IMG/VR virus record: IMGVR_UViG_3300040801_001572
Coordinates: 32,001 to 96,000 of that record
From: a virus
Length of the DNA: 64,000 bases
Direction: 5' to 3' (one strand)
Part shown: piece by piece, positions 21,761 through 31,666 of the stretch
How the letters are laid out: each line of letters opens with the position of its first letter
Numbering within the stretch: position 1 is the first letter of the stretch
Translations under genes and position numbers: made by a program
The notes under the pieces: generated by a model
Seen by the model: only the letters and a program-made list of their open reading frames with translations
The model's database searches: none
What the model was told of the DNA's origin: nothing

Positions 21761-22048
21761 GTGAGTTTTATACGGGTATCTCAAGACGGGTATGATCAAG
21801 TTGAGGTTGACCCTGCACATCGGCACACCATAAAAAAATCTTTAGAAGGATGGGTCGATTTCGATAGTTGTTTTAGATCAGGAGTAATCGAAGGCGAAAT
21901 TTGTCCTTACGAAGTCGGTGTTGGTGTTCCTCCAGCGATCACAGGCAATTTCGCACAAGAAAAGGAATACGTAAGGGAAGTTCGGTCATTTCGCGAATTG
22001 CAAGGCGAATGTGCCCCCCAGAAGCAATCATGCAACAGGCTCCCCTAA
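21761..22048 (+). CDS. Hypothetical protein
   Basis: GGAGG SD before GTG. Confidence 0.45.
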   Translation: MSFIRVSQDGYDQVEVDPAHRHTIKKSLEGWVDFDSCFRSGVIEGEICPYEVGVGVPPAITGNFAQEKEYVREVRSFRELQGECAPQKQSCNRLP

Positions 22049-22196
22049 GATATACGACGAAGATATTTTAATTGTCGAGACTTACTACGACCAAGACGAA
22101 AACAATTTCGGCATATTCGTACACTATGACAATGATAAGCTAAAAGAATATTGGGTATACGACGTTTGTTCATCTACAAAATCACAAATCTGGTAA
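22011..22196 (+). CDS. Hypothetical protein
   Basis: ORF track only. Confidence 0.35.
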   Translation: MPPRSNHATGSPKIYDEDILIVETYYDQDENNFGIFVHYDNDKLKEYWVYDVCSSTKSQIW

Positions 22197-22978
22197 ACAA
22201 GAAAATTTACATCGGATACGACACTAGCAGTACCGACGAGTGTTTACGCTGGAAGTATCACTTAATTGCATACAAAAGAAAGAATGCAAAAAAGCGACTT
22301 TATCTAGCAATGAAAAAATACGGCGCTGAGAAATTTTGTCACGAAGTTCTCGATACTGCCGAATCACTCGACGAGCTTAAAGAAAAAGAGATACTGTACA
22401 TCAGTATATTAGAGTCTACCGATCGAAGCGTCGGCTATAACGATACACGCGGCGGCGACGGAGGTGACACATTTATATATAAGTCCGAAGACGAGCTTAA
22501 CCTCATCAAAGAAAGGATGAGTATTTCAGCAAAAACAAGATGGGAGAATATCTCAGACAGCGAAAAAGAGCTTATATTAAAGAATTTTATCGGGTCTAAA
22601 TGGAAGAACGTGTCTGTGCAAGATAGAAAAAGAAAAATGCAACACCTCTACACCAGCGAAGTTAGCAGCAAGAAGTCGCAGACACTGAAGAAATTTTACG
22701 CAGGCTGCTCTGATCGAGGAGCTGAAAAAGGGCGAGCCATTAAAGAGTGGCAAAACAAGAACAAAAACATCGTTAGAAAACAGAATAAAATTGCAGCGGA
22801 AAAAGCAGCAGAAAAGAAAAGACAAAGAATAAAAGCAATCAGCCCTTTGGGAGAAACACTTTTCTTTAACTCAAAGAAAGAGTTCAAAGAAAAACACGGG
22901 TATATCCTAGATAGAATAATTAAAAAGACAGCTAATAATAGCAGTCACAACGGATGGAGAGCATGGGAAATTGAGTGA
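22151..22978 (+). mobile_element. GIY-YIG (Seg-like) homing endonuclease
   Basis: IYKITNLVNKKIYIG and GYNDTRGG motifs; Lys-rich; immediately upstream of gp47. Confidence 0.8.
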
Positions 22979-23987
22979 CCAACTATTTAAACGGTTAGCT
23001 GCGTTTACAGATATCCACTTTGGAAATAAACACAACAGCAGACTACACAATGCAGATTGTGAAGAGTTTGTGTTGTGGTTTATTGACGAAGCTAAAAAGA
23101 GAAATTGTGATACTTGCATCTTCTTAGGAGACTGGCACCATCACAGAGCAGCAGTTAATGTTTCCACAATGAATTACACTGTGAGTAACATCGGCTTTTT
23201 AAACGATGCTTTCGAGAAAGTATACATCATTACCGGCAACCACGACCTGTTTTACAGAGAAAAACGAGAGATCCATTCCTTAGTAATGGGTAAGAACTTT
23301 GAGAATGTGGTTCTAGTCGACGAACCTGTAATAGATGGTGACGTTGCTATTGTGCCATGGCTAATTGAAGACGAATGGAAGAAAGTCAAAAAGATTAAGA
23401 CCAAGTACATGTTCGGTCACTTTGAGATCCCCGGGTTCAAAATGAACGCACAGATTGAGATGCCAGACCATGGTGCAATCAACAAGCGTCATTTCGAGCA
23501 TCAGGACTTAGTGTTCAGTGGACACTTTCACAAAAGACAAAACGATGGGCACATTCACTACATTGGCAATCCGTTCGGACACAACTTTGCAGATGCATGG
23601 GACTTTAATCGTGGGGCAATGTTCTTGGAATGGGACAAAGAACCAGAGTATGTGAATTATCCGCATGGTCCTAGATACATTACTTGTTATCTTAGCGAAC
23701 TGCTTGACAACACCGAAGATTATCTTAAGCCAAAGACATATGTCCGTGTGACACTGGACTCAAATATCTCTTACGAAGAAATTAACTTCTTGAGAGAAAC
23801 ACTAATCGAAAACTATGAGATTCGAGATTTAAAACTAATATACGATCGCACTGTTGAAGAAGATATTGAATTCGAGGGTGAGATCACTTTCCAGACTGTT
23901 GATCAGATTGTAACCGAACAATTGAGCAACCTGGACCTAGGAACGTACGACCGTAAAAAACTTGTTGAGATTTACAATAACCTATAA
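22971..23987 (+). CDS. Recombination endonuclease subunit (gp47/SbcD/Mre11)
   Basis: DIHFG, GDWHH, GNHD and SGHFH metallophosphoesterase motifs. Confidence 0.92.
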   Translation: MSDQLFKRLAAFTDIHFGNKHNSRLHNADCEEFVLWFIDEAKKRNCDTCIFLGDWHHHRAAVNVSTMNYTVSNIGFLNDAFEKVYIITGNHDLFYREKREIHSLVMGKNFENVVLVDEPVIDGDVAIVPWLIEDEWKKVKKIKTKYMFGHFEIPGFKMNAQIEMPDHGAINKRHFEHQDLVFSGHFHKRQNDGHIHYIGNPFGHNFADAWDFNRGAMFLEWDKEPEYVNYPHGPRYITCYLSELLDNTEDYLKPKTYVRVTLDSNISYEEINFLRETLIENYEIRDLKLIYDRTVEEDIEFEGEITFQTVDQIVTEQLSNLDLGTYDRKKLVEIYNNL

Positions 23988-23989
23988 AC

Positions 23990-25759
23990 ATGATTAATCT
24001 TAAAAACGTCACTATCAAAAATTTCATGTCTGTGGGCAATGTGTCTCAGGCAATTAGCTTTTCCGAAAACGAACTTGTGCTAGTGCTAGGTGAGAATCTA
24101 GACCTAGGCGGCAATGACAGCAGGAACGGTGTAGGTAAGAGTACTGCACTTAATGCGCTCAGTTACGCACTGTACGGAGAGGCACTTGTAAAGATCAAGC
24201 GAGATAACTTGATTAACAAGGTTAACGGGAAAGGCATGATGGTTACGCTGGACTTCGAAAAAGACGGAGTAACCTATCGTATCGAACGCGGACGCAAGCC
24301 TAACATATTCAAGTTCATTGTGAACGGGCACGAGATTGAGGATGAGACTGACGAAGCACAAGGCGACAGTCGTCTCACTCAGGAAGAAGTCGAAAGAGTC
24401 ATGGGCATCTCCCATGACATGTTCAAGCAGATTGTGGCACTTAACACATACAGCGAACCGTTTCTTAGCTTACGTGCCAACGATCAAAGATCAATCATTG
24501 AGCAGCTACTAGGCATCACCAAGTTGTCAGAAAAAGCCGAAGTGCTAAAGACACAGCTCAAGGAGGTTAGAGATGCCATTAAGGAAGAGGAGTTCCGGGT
24601 TAAAGCGACCCAGGAGGCGAATAAAAAGATTGAGGAGAACATTAAGACGCTTACGCTCCGTTCCCAAGCGTGGGAGAAAACCAAAACTAACACGATTAAA
24701 GACTACGAAGACAGCCTCCTCGCCCTCGACGAAGTCGACATCGAAAAAGAGCTTGAGACGCATAAAGAGAATAAGAAGGCTCGGGAGTCGATAAGAGAGC
24801 GCGACAAACTGGAACGTGAGATTAAATCTCTAACTCGCGAAATCAAGCTGCACAAGAACAGTTTAGAGCAAGTCGAAAAGAACATACACAGAACTTCTGA
24901 AGGCAAAGAGTGTCCTACTTGTCACCAAGAAATGGACAAAGAAACACACGAAAGGGTCCATGCAGAGTACGAAGCACAGGCACTGCAAGCTCGTGATAAA
25001 ATTGCCGAAAAGCAGCAAGAATTAGATGAGCTAGAAGCAGTGTTGTCGTCTACTCCTGACGTAAACGAAGAAGACACCTTTTATAGCTTTGTGGAAGATG
25101 CATATAACCACAGATCCACAATGCAAGAGCTTGCGAACAATCTTGCACGTGAGCAAAGTTCGGAAAATCCGTACACTGAACAGATCGAAAGCTTACAGAC
25201 ATCTGGTATTCAGCAGGTTGATTACTCGTACATTAACGAAATGACCAGCTTGCGTGATCACCAAGAGTTTCTGCTCAGTCTACTAATCAACAAAGACAGT
25301 TTTATTCGCAAGAAAATTATTGATCAGAATCTGCTGTATCTAAACAACAGACTGTCTCACTACTTAGGCAAGTTAGGTTTGCCCCACGAAGTTAAGTTTA
25401 AGTCAGATCTCGAAGTCGAAATCACACAATACGGCAGAGACTTTGACTTTGACAACCTCAGCCGAGGTGAACGCACACGACTAATACTAAGCCTCAGCTT
25501 TGCTTTCCGTGATGTTTACGAAAGCTTAAACACCAAGATCAATCTGCTGTTCATTGACGAACTAATAGATAGTGGTCTTGACACAGCTGGTGTAGAAAAC
25601 GCACTAGCAGTATTCAAAGGTATGACAAGGGAACAAAGAAGAAACATCTTCTTGATCAGTCATCGTGACGAACTCATTGGACGAGTTACTAGCGTATTAA
25701 AAGTGATCAAAGAAGGGGGCTTTACATCCTTTGATAGTACCGACACAAACTTAATATAA
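23990..25759 (+). CDS. Recombination ATPase subunit (gp46/SbcC/Rad50)
   Basis: Walker A NGVGKS, CPTC zinc hook, LSRGE signature, LFIDE Walker B, ISH. Confidence 0.93.
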   Translation: MINLKNVTIKNFMSVGNVSQAISFSENELVLVLGENLDLGGNDSRNGVGKSTALNALSYALYGEALVKIKRDNLINKVNGKGMMVTLDFEKDGVTYRIERGRKPNIFKFIVNGHEIEDETDEAQGDSRLTQEEVERVMGISHDMFKQIVALNTYSEPFLSLRANDQRSIIEQLLGITKLSEKAEVLKTQLKEVRDAIKEEEFRVKATQEANKKIEENIKTLTLRSQAWEKTKTNTIKDYEDSLLALDEVDIEKELETHKENKKARESIRERDKLEREIKSLTREIKLHKNSLEQVEKNIHRTSEGKECPTCHQEMDKETHERVHAEYEAQALQARDKIAEKQQELDELEAVLSSTPDVNEEDTFYSFVEDAYNHRSTMQELANNLAREQSSENPYTEQIESLQTSGIQQVDYSYINEMTSLRDHQEFLLSLLINKDSFIRKKIIDQNLLYLNNRLSHYLGKLGLPHEVKFKSDLEVEITQYGRDFDFDNLSRGERTRLILSLSFAFRDVYESLNTKINLLFIDELIDSGLDTAGVENALAVFKGMTREQRRNIFLISHRDELIGRVTSVLKVIKEGGFTSFDSTDTNLI

Positions 25760-25777
25760 AAATAAAAAGGTACACAC

Positions 25778-26443
25778 ATGAAATTTACCCCGAGCTACCT
25801 CTGCAAGGAGGACACACTTAAGGTTTTACCGGGATCCCTTTATAGAGAAGTGCTGTATAAGCAGCAAGAGCTCTACTACAACAACCTCAGTAATCTAAAT
25901 TTCAAACAGATACGTTTTGCAAATTTAGATCCTTCTGAAGTTCCTCCGACAGATTCTATCGACTATATACGTGACTGGATGGGCTGTGTTCCTGTCGGTG
26001 TTCTGCCTATCTACGGTAGACACGGCGACGATGGTATTACACCAGACGGCACAGGCATCGAAACAAAGACACTTATGATTGACGAAGACAAATGGGAACG
26101 CGGCCCAAGAGGTGGTATTCGCTCAAAAAGCAAAGGTAATTGCAACATGGGCAGCTACTACAACATCGGCTACGGAAACGACCATGGTATTTTTGACACA
26201 GAACATAAAGTCAAAGACACCTATGTGATTATCATTTCCCGTGCATTAGATCAAGTAGTGTCGGTGTTCTACTTAGATCCAGATGCTGTAAGAGAACGCC
26301 TCAACAATTACGGCGGTAGTTGCAAAAAGATCTATCTACGTCACATTTTAAACGATGGTATTGACGTTAGCGGACAAGGCGACGTAATGGAAGCGATTGG
26401 TTGGGAACGATATCAACAGTTTTTAGACAGCTATATCGTTTAA
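25778..26443 (+). CDS. Hypothetical protein, possible PD-(D/E)xK nuclease
   Basis: HGDDGITPDGTGIETK motif. Confidence 0.45.
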   Translation: MKFTPSYLCKEDTLKVLPGSLYREVLYKQQELYYNNLSNLNFKQIRFANLDPSEVPPTDSIDYIRDWMGCVPVGVLPIYGRHGDDGITPDGTGIETKTLMIDEDKWERGPRGGIRSKSKGNCNMGSYYNIGYGNDHGIFDTEHKVKDTYVIIISRALDQVVSVFYLDPDAVRERLNNYGGSCKKIYLRHILNDGIDVSGQGDVMEAIGWERYQQFLDSYIV

Positions 26444-26859
26444 TCTAGTCGCGCCTTTTCAGGGCACTTTCCGGTCTTCCCAAGGAACTCATTGTAATAG
26501 CGTCTGCTTGGTATAGCATCTTCCATTACAATGCGTTTGGTTTCGCCGTAGCTAAGTTCCCACTTGGTATCATACAATTCCAGTATAGTAAAGGTAAACT
26601 TGTCTTTGCCTAATTTTTCTATATCTGCGTTTAGCTCTTTAGATGAGCCTGTGTATGTGCGCCAATCTGACTCTTTAGTGCTGCGGCGGCGGTTCTTTCG
26701 GCCTTTGAGCGGAGGCTTAGAGACTTTGAAATGCAAGAGTTTTTGCCCTATGTATTTGCGGCCATCTACAGTGTTTACTATCTCGTAAACAAAGCCTAGA
26801 TGGTCAGCAGGATCGAATTCGGGGCCGGACCAATGTCCGTAATCAGTTTTTTCGCTCAT
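26440..26859 (-). CDS. Small GIY-YIG endonuclease (EndoII/DenA-like type conserved in T4-like phages)
   Basis: GFVYEIVN..DGRKYIGQK, ESDWRTYTGSS and YYN motifs. Confidence 0.75.
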   Translation of the reverse strand: MSEKTDYGHWSGPEFDPADHLGFVYEIVNTVDGRKYIGQKLLHFKVSKPPLKGRKNRRRSTKESDWRTYTGSSKELNADIEKLGKDKFTFTILELYDTKWELSYGETKRIVMEDAIPSRRYYNEFLGKTGKCPEKARLD

Positions 26860-26915
26860 TTTAAAACAGCTTGCATAATTATGTATGCTGTTATTTACCA
26901 GGCAAAAAGTTTCGG

Positions 26916-26945
26916 TTGACTGCCAAATGGTAAAGACATTATACT
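26916..26945 (+). promoter_or_regulatory. sigma70 promoter pointing into a non-coding structured region
   Basis: TTGACT-18-TATACT. Confidence 0.65.
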
Positions 26946-26951
26946 TTTATA

Positions 26952-27446
26952 TAGAAGCTTGTGAGACTATCGCGACTCGCAAGTCGAAAATCGCAGCGTT
27001 AGATTACTTCGCAAAGCCCCCGCTGACAATGCTAGGCGGGAATTGGTACTCAGCATTAAATTAGGCTATCTGACTCACTACAATCGGCAATATCGCACAG
27101 CACTCGGCCATTTGTGCTGTGTCCTATTGAGACTGCCAGCGCGAGCTGTTGCCGTCGGACACTTAGGAGCCGAATCTCAATAACGATTGTGCTCTACGCC
27201 TCCGATATCGGAGAATAAATCGAATGCAGATATGCAGCGTAACACAGTCCGAAATACATTACTTCACTATGGTGTATTTTGGTTCCGTTGTTGGCGGATC
27301 GATGGTACCGGGCAACCGCCTACTAGCCATGCGTTAGTACTTTGCTGTGAGTCGCAAGGATCGATTGTAGTGAAAGACCCAGATGGCCTCAACCAAGGCA
27401 CTGACTGTTAACTAGAAGAAGATTACCCTCTGGGTGATCTTTTTTT
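26952..27446 (+). ncRNA. Candidate ~490-nt structured ncRNA of unknown family
   Basis: Promoter and terminator bounded; long-range helices TCACTACAATCG/CGATTGTAGTGA and GCGACTCGC/GTGAGTCGC; no credible ORF. Confidence 0.55.
27419..27446 (+). terminator. Intrinsic terminator
   Basis: AAGATTACCC-TCT-GGGTGATCTT followed by a T run. Confidence 0.75.
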
Positions 27447-27695
27447 AGTGGCCCTGAAAAGGGCTAGAGTCATGACCGATAAATCAGTCATTCCTCTTTT
27501 GTTGACAGACAATTCCTAACCAATCATATTCAGTTCGTCTGCTCAAGCAGCCGTATTTAAACAGAACCAGAATAAGATATGGTAGATAAACCAACGAGCT
27601 TGCGAGTTAGGGATAGATACCATATCTTCGAGAGCAGCTTCGCTGCCTCGATTAACTATTAGGGAGTAACAGTTATTTCTAAACAATCTCGAGTT

Positions 27696-27968
27696 ATGCT
27701 AGGGCAAGTTCTGAGTATTGCAAAGACAATAGGGTACTCAGATACAATTCAACGTTTCGTAATTAATGAACTTCGCAAAGATCTCAGTGATGATTGTGCG
27801 AGTGTTTGTAAGAAATGTGGCAGGAAAATATATCAGGTAGTGCTACAGAGCTATGTGAATCAATTGCCAAGAAAAAAGCGCATCTGTTCCCAGTGCGCTC
27901 ATTTAAAAGATGATTTTAAACCCAACTGCACATATCAAGCAGCTTGGGATAAAAATGTCAAGGTGTAG
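27696..27968 (+). CDS. Small zinc-ribbon protein
   Basis: CKKC and CSQC motifs. Confidence 0.5.
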   Translation: MLGQVLSIAKTIGYSDTIQRFVINELRKDLSDDCASVCKKCGRKIYQVVLQSYVNQLPRKKRICSQCAHLKDDFKPNCTYQAAWDKNVKV

Positions 27969-28464
27969 GTAACTTCTTATACACTTTCTTAAATAGCTTT
28001 TCGGCTTCTGGTGGGAATTGTGCTAGGGCTGGCTGAAATGGCTTGAGCCATACACGACGAATATCACTGCCTACTGATTCAAATGTGACACAGCCTGAAT
28101 GTTTCTGCATGTACATGGTCACAAATGCACTGATTCTCAAATCCACTGCACCCACAACTTCATCCTCAAATTGCTCACTGAAATGATCCCAGTGAGCTAA
28201 CCACTTGACTTCTCCTCTCTGCACAATTGCTTGTGTGAATTTTACCTGGCCGGTATTTTCTTCTAGATACACATCTGTTGATACTTCAGTGATTGTGTTG
28301 AGAAATTGTGGCTCCGAATGGTAAAATGGTTCCTGGAGGAACGGTAGCCATTGTATGTTTTGTGCGTCTAGTACACGAGTAAGATCATATACCCAGTTTA
28401 GCTTAGGGTATCTTGTGTATGCTTCTCTATCTATGCGGGGAAAATCATATTCTAGGTAATTCAT
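27958..28464 (-). CDS. Hypothetical protein
   Basis: ORF track; translationally coupled to the upstream gene. Confidence 0.6.
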   Translation of the reverse strand: MNYLEYDFPRIDREAYTRYPKLNWVYDLTRVLDAQNIQWLPFLQEPFYHSEPQFLNTITEVSTDVYLEENTGQVKFTQAIVQRGEVKWLAHWDHFSEQFEDEVVGAVDLRISAFVTMYMQKHSGCVTFESVGSDIRRVWLKPFQPALAQFPPEAEKLFKKVYKKLPTP

Positions 28465-28682
28465 TACATGTACTCCCTTCCGTCTCCGCTCATTTTCTGT
28501 AGTGTCTTGTTGATCATTGTGATTATCTTTTTGCGGCTGATGTGATCAATTGCCCACGCTTGATCCCAGGTCACTCCGCCTCTCATCCAGTAACATATAT
28601 CAATAATCTGCTGGGTCAGTGCATTTGTGTCTCGATCTAAATCTTTAATGAACTCGGAAATCTCTTCAGGACTTCTGGTCAT
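28464..28682 (-). CDS. Tail/baseplate assembly chaperone C-terminal ORF, probable -1 frameshift extension of 28682-29524
   Basis: TAATG junction; slippery run in the upstream ORF. Confidence 0.6.
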   Translation of the reverse strand: MTRSPEEISEFIKDLDRDTNALTQQIIDICYWMRGGVTWDQAWAIDHISRKKIITMINKTLQKMSGDGREYM

Positions 28683-29524
28683 TAAGACCCCATAAAAAAA
28701 TTTACAGGATTAAAGTCCACTGTAGATTTCCACTTGTGCTCGCACTTTTCACATGTAGCATCAAAATCTTTGCGCACACCGATTGAATTAATGCTAGAAA
28801 TAAGATTGTCTACAGCTTTGTAGGTTTTCTTATCGAGGTTAGCCATATATTCGTCTATGTGTGCTCGTTCTGTTACTTCCACTCCGTCTGGTGTAACAAT
28901 TTTCTGAATGCTGTTGATTAACAGCTCGATGTTTGTTTCTGATATCTTTTGATAGCTCTTAGAGAACAGAGCAAGTCTAGTGTCTTCGTCTATGTTTTCT
29001 TTTGCAAACACTTTGCTGGCTTTGATCTGTTCAAACTGAATTTTAAGGGCACTTACGCCGTCTTTATACGTGTACGGTCTTACGTATATGACTACCCCGC
29101 TCTCTGTGTGAACTGTGTATTCTGGGTCTAAATGATCCATTTGTGCCAAGTTTACACTGAGGTCAACGGTGTAAGTATTTTCGTGCTGACAGTTCGGACA
29201 AGGAGTTTTGATTTCCAAATCCTCTGCATATGTAGCGTGTCGAATACCAATCATAATAGCATCAACGTCGTTTGCCAGTAGCTGCTTTGGGTCTTTGATG
29301 CTAGGTGCACAGCTTTTGATAATATCTAGGATAGCATCGCCGTTAAGTAGTGCATCTGGATTTTTAGTGATCATTTCATCACGTGCTGTCATTGGCATGA
29401 TGCCAATTTCGCCTGAATCATTGAAGTCCACTACATCCGAGCCATAGTAGTTTGTGCCACTAGGCAAGCCGATGTAGATCTTTGTTGTCCTGAAATACTG
29501 TTGTAGCGGATTAGCTTCAGACAT
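28682..29524 (-). CDS. Baseplate hub assembly protein / tail assembly chaperone (T4 gp26/gp51-like)
   Basis: LPSG, PMTARDE, CPNC and CEKC motifs, C-terminal NFF. Confidence 0.75.
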   Translation of the reverse strand: MSEANPLQQYFRTTKIYIGLPSGTNYYGSDVVDFNDSGEIGIMPMTARDEMITKNPDALLNGDAILDIIKSCAPSIKDPKQLLANDVDAIMIGIRHATYAEDLEIKTPCPNCQHENTYTVDLSVNLAQMDHLDPEYTVHTESGVVIYVRPYTYKDGVSALKIQFEQIKASKVFAKENIDEDTRLALFSKSYQKISETNIELLINSIQKIVTPDGVEVTERAHIDEYMANLDKKTYKAVDNLISSINSIGVRKDFDATCEKCEHKWKSTVDFNPVNFFMGS

Positions 29525-29542
29525 TTCGCAGTCTCCAAAAAG

Positions 29543-29576
29543 GTAGATAAATAATAAACTACGACTATTTATCTAC
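29543..29576. promoter_or_regulatory. Palindromic bidirectional late promoter
   Basis: GTAGATAAATA-12 nt-TATTTATCTAC perfect inverted repeat between divergent genes. Confidence 0.7.
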
Positions 29577-29599
29577 GTATTTAATGGTGGAAACAAAGA

Positions 29600-31666
29600 G
29601 TGGCTGATGGAGTAATTATTGAGGGCTATGGCCCCGGCGCGAAGCAGTGGGCAACTGAAGCTACTCAGGCTCAGGTACTAGCGACCCTGCAAAAGCTAGG
29701 CAGGCTTTCAGAAGACCAAATCAAAGAGATCAAAAAGGCAGCAGATGCCCAGTCTCCTGACGAATTGTTTAAAGGTGTCAAAAAAGAAGCAGACGAGCTA
29801 GACGAAGCTTTAGACGAACTAGAAAGTAGTACTAAAGGTCAAACCAAAGCCACAAAAGCAGCCACAAAAGAAACCAAAAACTATGCCGCAGCATTAGGTA
29901 AGTCTCTGCAAGAAACTGGTATTGCTACAGCAGCAACACTGGCAGCAGCAGGCACAGCATTCGCAGTTGGAGCAGCAGATCAGCTGCAGATGTACCTACA
30001 ATTAAATGCAGCAGGTATGAATTTAACTAGTTCAGTCGACGGAGTTCGCTCAGGGCTAGAAACATTTGCACGTTCAGCAGAAACAGCAGAATTAAGATTT
30101 GCTGATCTAGCAGATCTACAGCAACGTTACGGCAACGTACTAAACCTGTACGGTGTGCAACAGTTTGCTCGTGATTCTCAGCAACTAAACAATCAATTGA
30201 GTGTGCTAGGTTTTACTAGCCAAGAAACAGCAGAGTTCTTGTCTAGCTATGCAGAACAACAGCGTTTCTTTAGTCTCCAAGAACAGCTAGGCTCCCAAGA
30301 AAACATTAGACGAATAAACGAGTCTGCAAAAAGCTTAGATTCGTGGAGTAAGGTACTAGGTCGTTCCAGAACAGAGTTGTTAGATGATATCAAAGAAAGC
30401 CAGCAATCTAGTATAAATGTAGCAGGTTTCATTGCACAGCAGCTTGCAGGCGGAAACAACGATATTAAACAAGCAATGGCCGAAGTAGCCATCGGATTTG
30501 GTGATGCCGGTCAAGACGTAGCAGAATTATTTGCAGCTAGGGCAGCAGCAGAAGCTCCGATATTTCAACAATTAGCGATTACTGCACCTGATGCACTTAA
30601 TGCATTATTAGATATGCGTGAGCAGGTCAGAAACGGAGTAATACCTACCACAGAAGAAATGGCGAGAGTTACTTCGCTGGTAACTGATGCATCTATCACC
30701 TCAGCAAAGGCTATGGGTCCGTTGGGCGACGAAGCTATGGCAACTATTTTAAGTATGCAGAGGGCTAACGCAAATATAACGAAACGAGCAGAAATAGAAG
30801 CGAAAGAACAAGACAAAGCACTAGGTGCGCTTGCTGAGACAGCTAATGCTGTAACTAATGTTCAGGGTTCATTTGAAAGATCAGAGGCAAAAGCAGTCGG
30901 CACAGAAGAGTCGATGGACATTATAACTCGACAGTTAGATAAACTAGCTAACGAAGTGTTGGCACCTCAAAAGCTAGCTGAGATAACAGATAACATCGGT
31001 GAAGCAGGCGCAGACCTAATTTCAGCATTAGATGGTACTGCAAACGGATTGTTAGATCTGGCCAACGATATTATCAGTCCAGACTACAGTACAGGCGAAA
31101 TAATTGCTGCTGGTCTTGCAGGAATGTTCCTGAGTACCACGGTAGTAAAAGCAGCAGGTAGTGCTATTCTCGGCGGATTAGGAAAGTTATTAGGAGTTAA
31201 GTCCTTAGGCGGTGCACTAAGTACTACCGGAGCGGCCGCTGGCGGCCTTAGTACTGGCGCAGCTTTAGGAGTTGCAGGTGCAGGTATTGTAGGCTACGGT
31301 GCAGGCTCCCTCTTTAATACAGGGTACGAAAGATTAACTGGATCTTCTGTCGGTAGTGACTTGTTTGATTTCTTTACTGGTGGTAGCCAAGAAGCGCAAG
31401 TGGCTGCAATGCTATCTTCATCTAACGTTAATGTGAGAAACTCACCTGGTGTAATGCCTACTGATCAAGGAGCGTCAGTTAGTAAATCTACTCCTCCGAC
31501 GTCGGCTAGCTTAACCACATCCTCTAGTCAAACCACAATGGACTCGATAAATAGCTTGATATCGGTTGTTCAAGAACAAACTTCTGCAGTACACAGATCA
31601 AATGAACAGCTAGACATGGCAGTAAGCCACCTCAAACAGATTAGAAGAAACACGGAAGATACTTAA
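29600..31666 (+). CDS. Tape-measure-like tail protein
   Basis: Ala-rich helical composition with Gly/Ala hydrophobic segments; next to the chaperone genes. Confidence 0.55.
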   Translation: MADGVIIEGYGPGAKQWATEATQAQVLATLQKLGRLSEDQIKEIKKAADAQSPDELFKGVKKEADELDEALDELESSTKGQTKATKAATKETKNYAAALGKSLQETGIATAATLAAAGTAFAVGAADQLQMYLQLNAAGMNLTSSVDGVRSGLETFARSAETAELRFADLADLQQRYGNVLNLYGVQQFARDSQQLNNQLSVLGFTSQETAEFLSSYAEQQRFFSLQEQLGSQENIRRINESAKSLDSWSKVLGRSRTELLDDIKESQQSSINVAGFIAQQLAGGNNDIKQAMAEVAIGFGDAGQDVAELFAARAAAEAPIFQQLAITAPDALNALLDMREQVRNGVIPTTEEMARVTSLVTDASITSAKAMGPLGDEAMATILSMQRANANITKRAEIEAKEQDKALGALAETANAVTNVQGSFERSEAKAVGTEESMDIITRQLDKLANEVLAPQKLAEITDNIGEAGADLISALDGTANGLLDLANDIISPDYSTGEIIAAGLAGMFLSTTVVKAAGSAILGGLGKLLGVKSLGGALSTTGAAAGGLSTGAALGVAGAGIVGYGAGSLFNTGYERLTGSSVGSDLFDFFTGGSQEAQVAAMLSSSNVNVRNSPGVMPTDQGASVSKSTPPTSASLTTSSSQTTMDSINSLISVVQEQTSAVHRSNEQLDMAVSHLKQIRRNTEDT

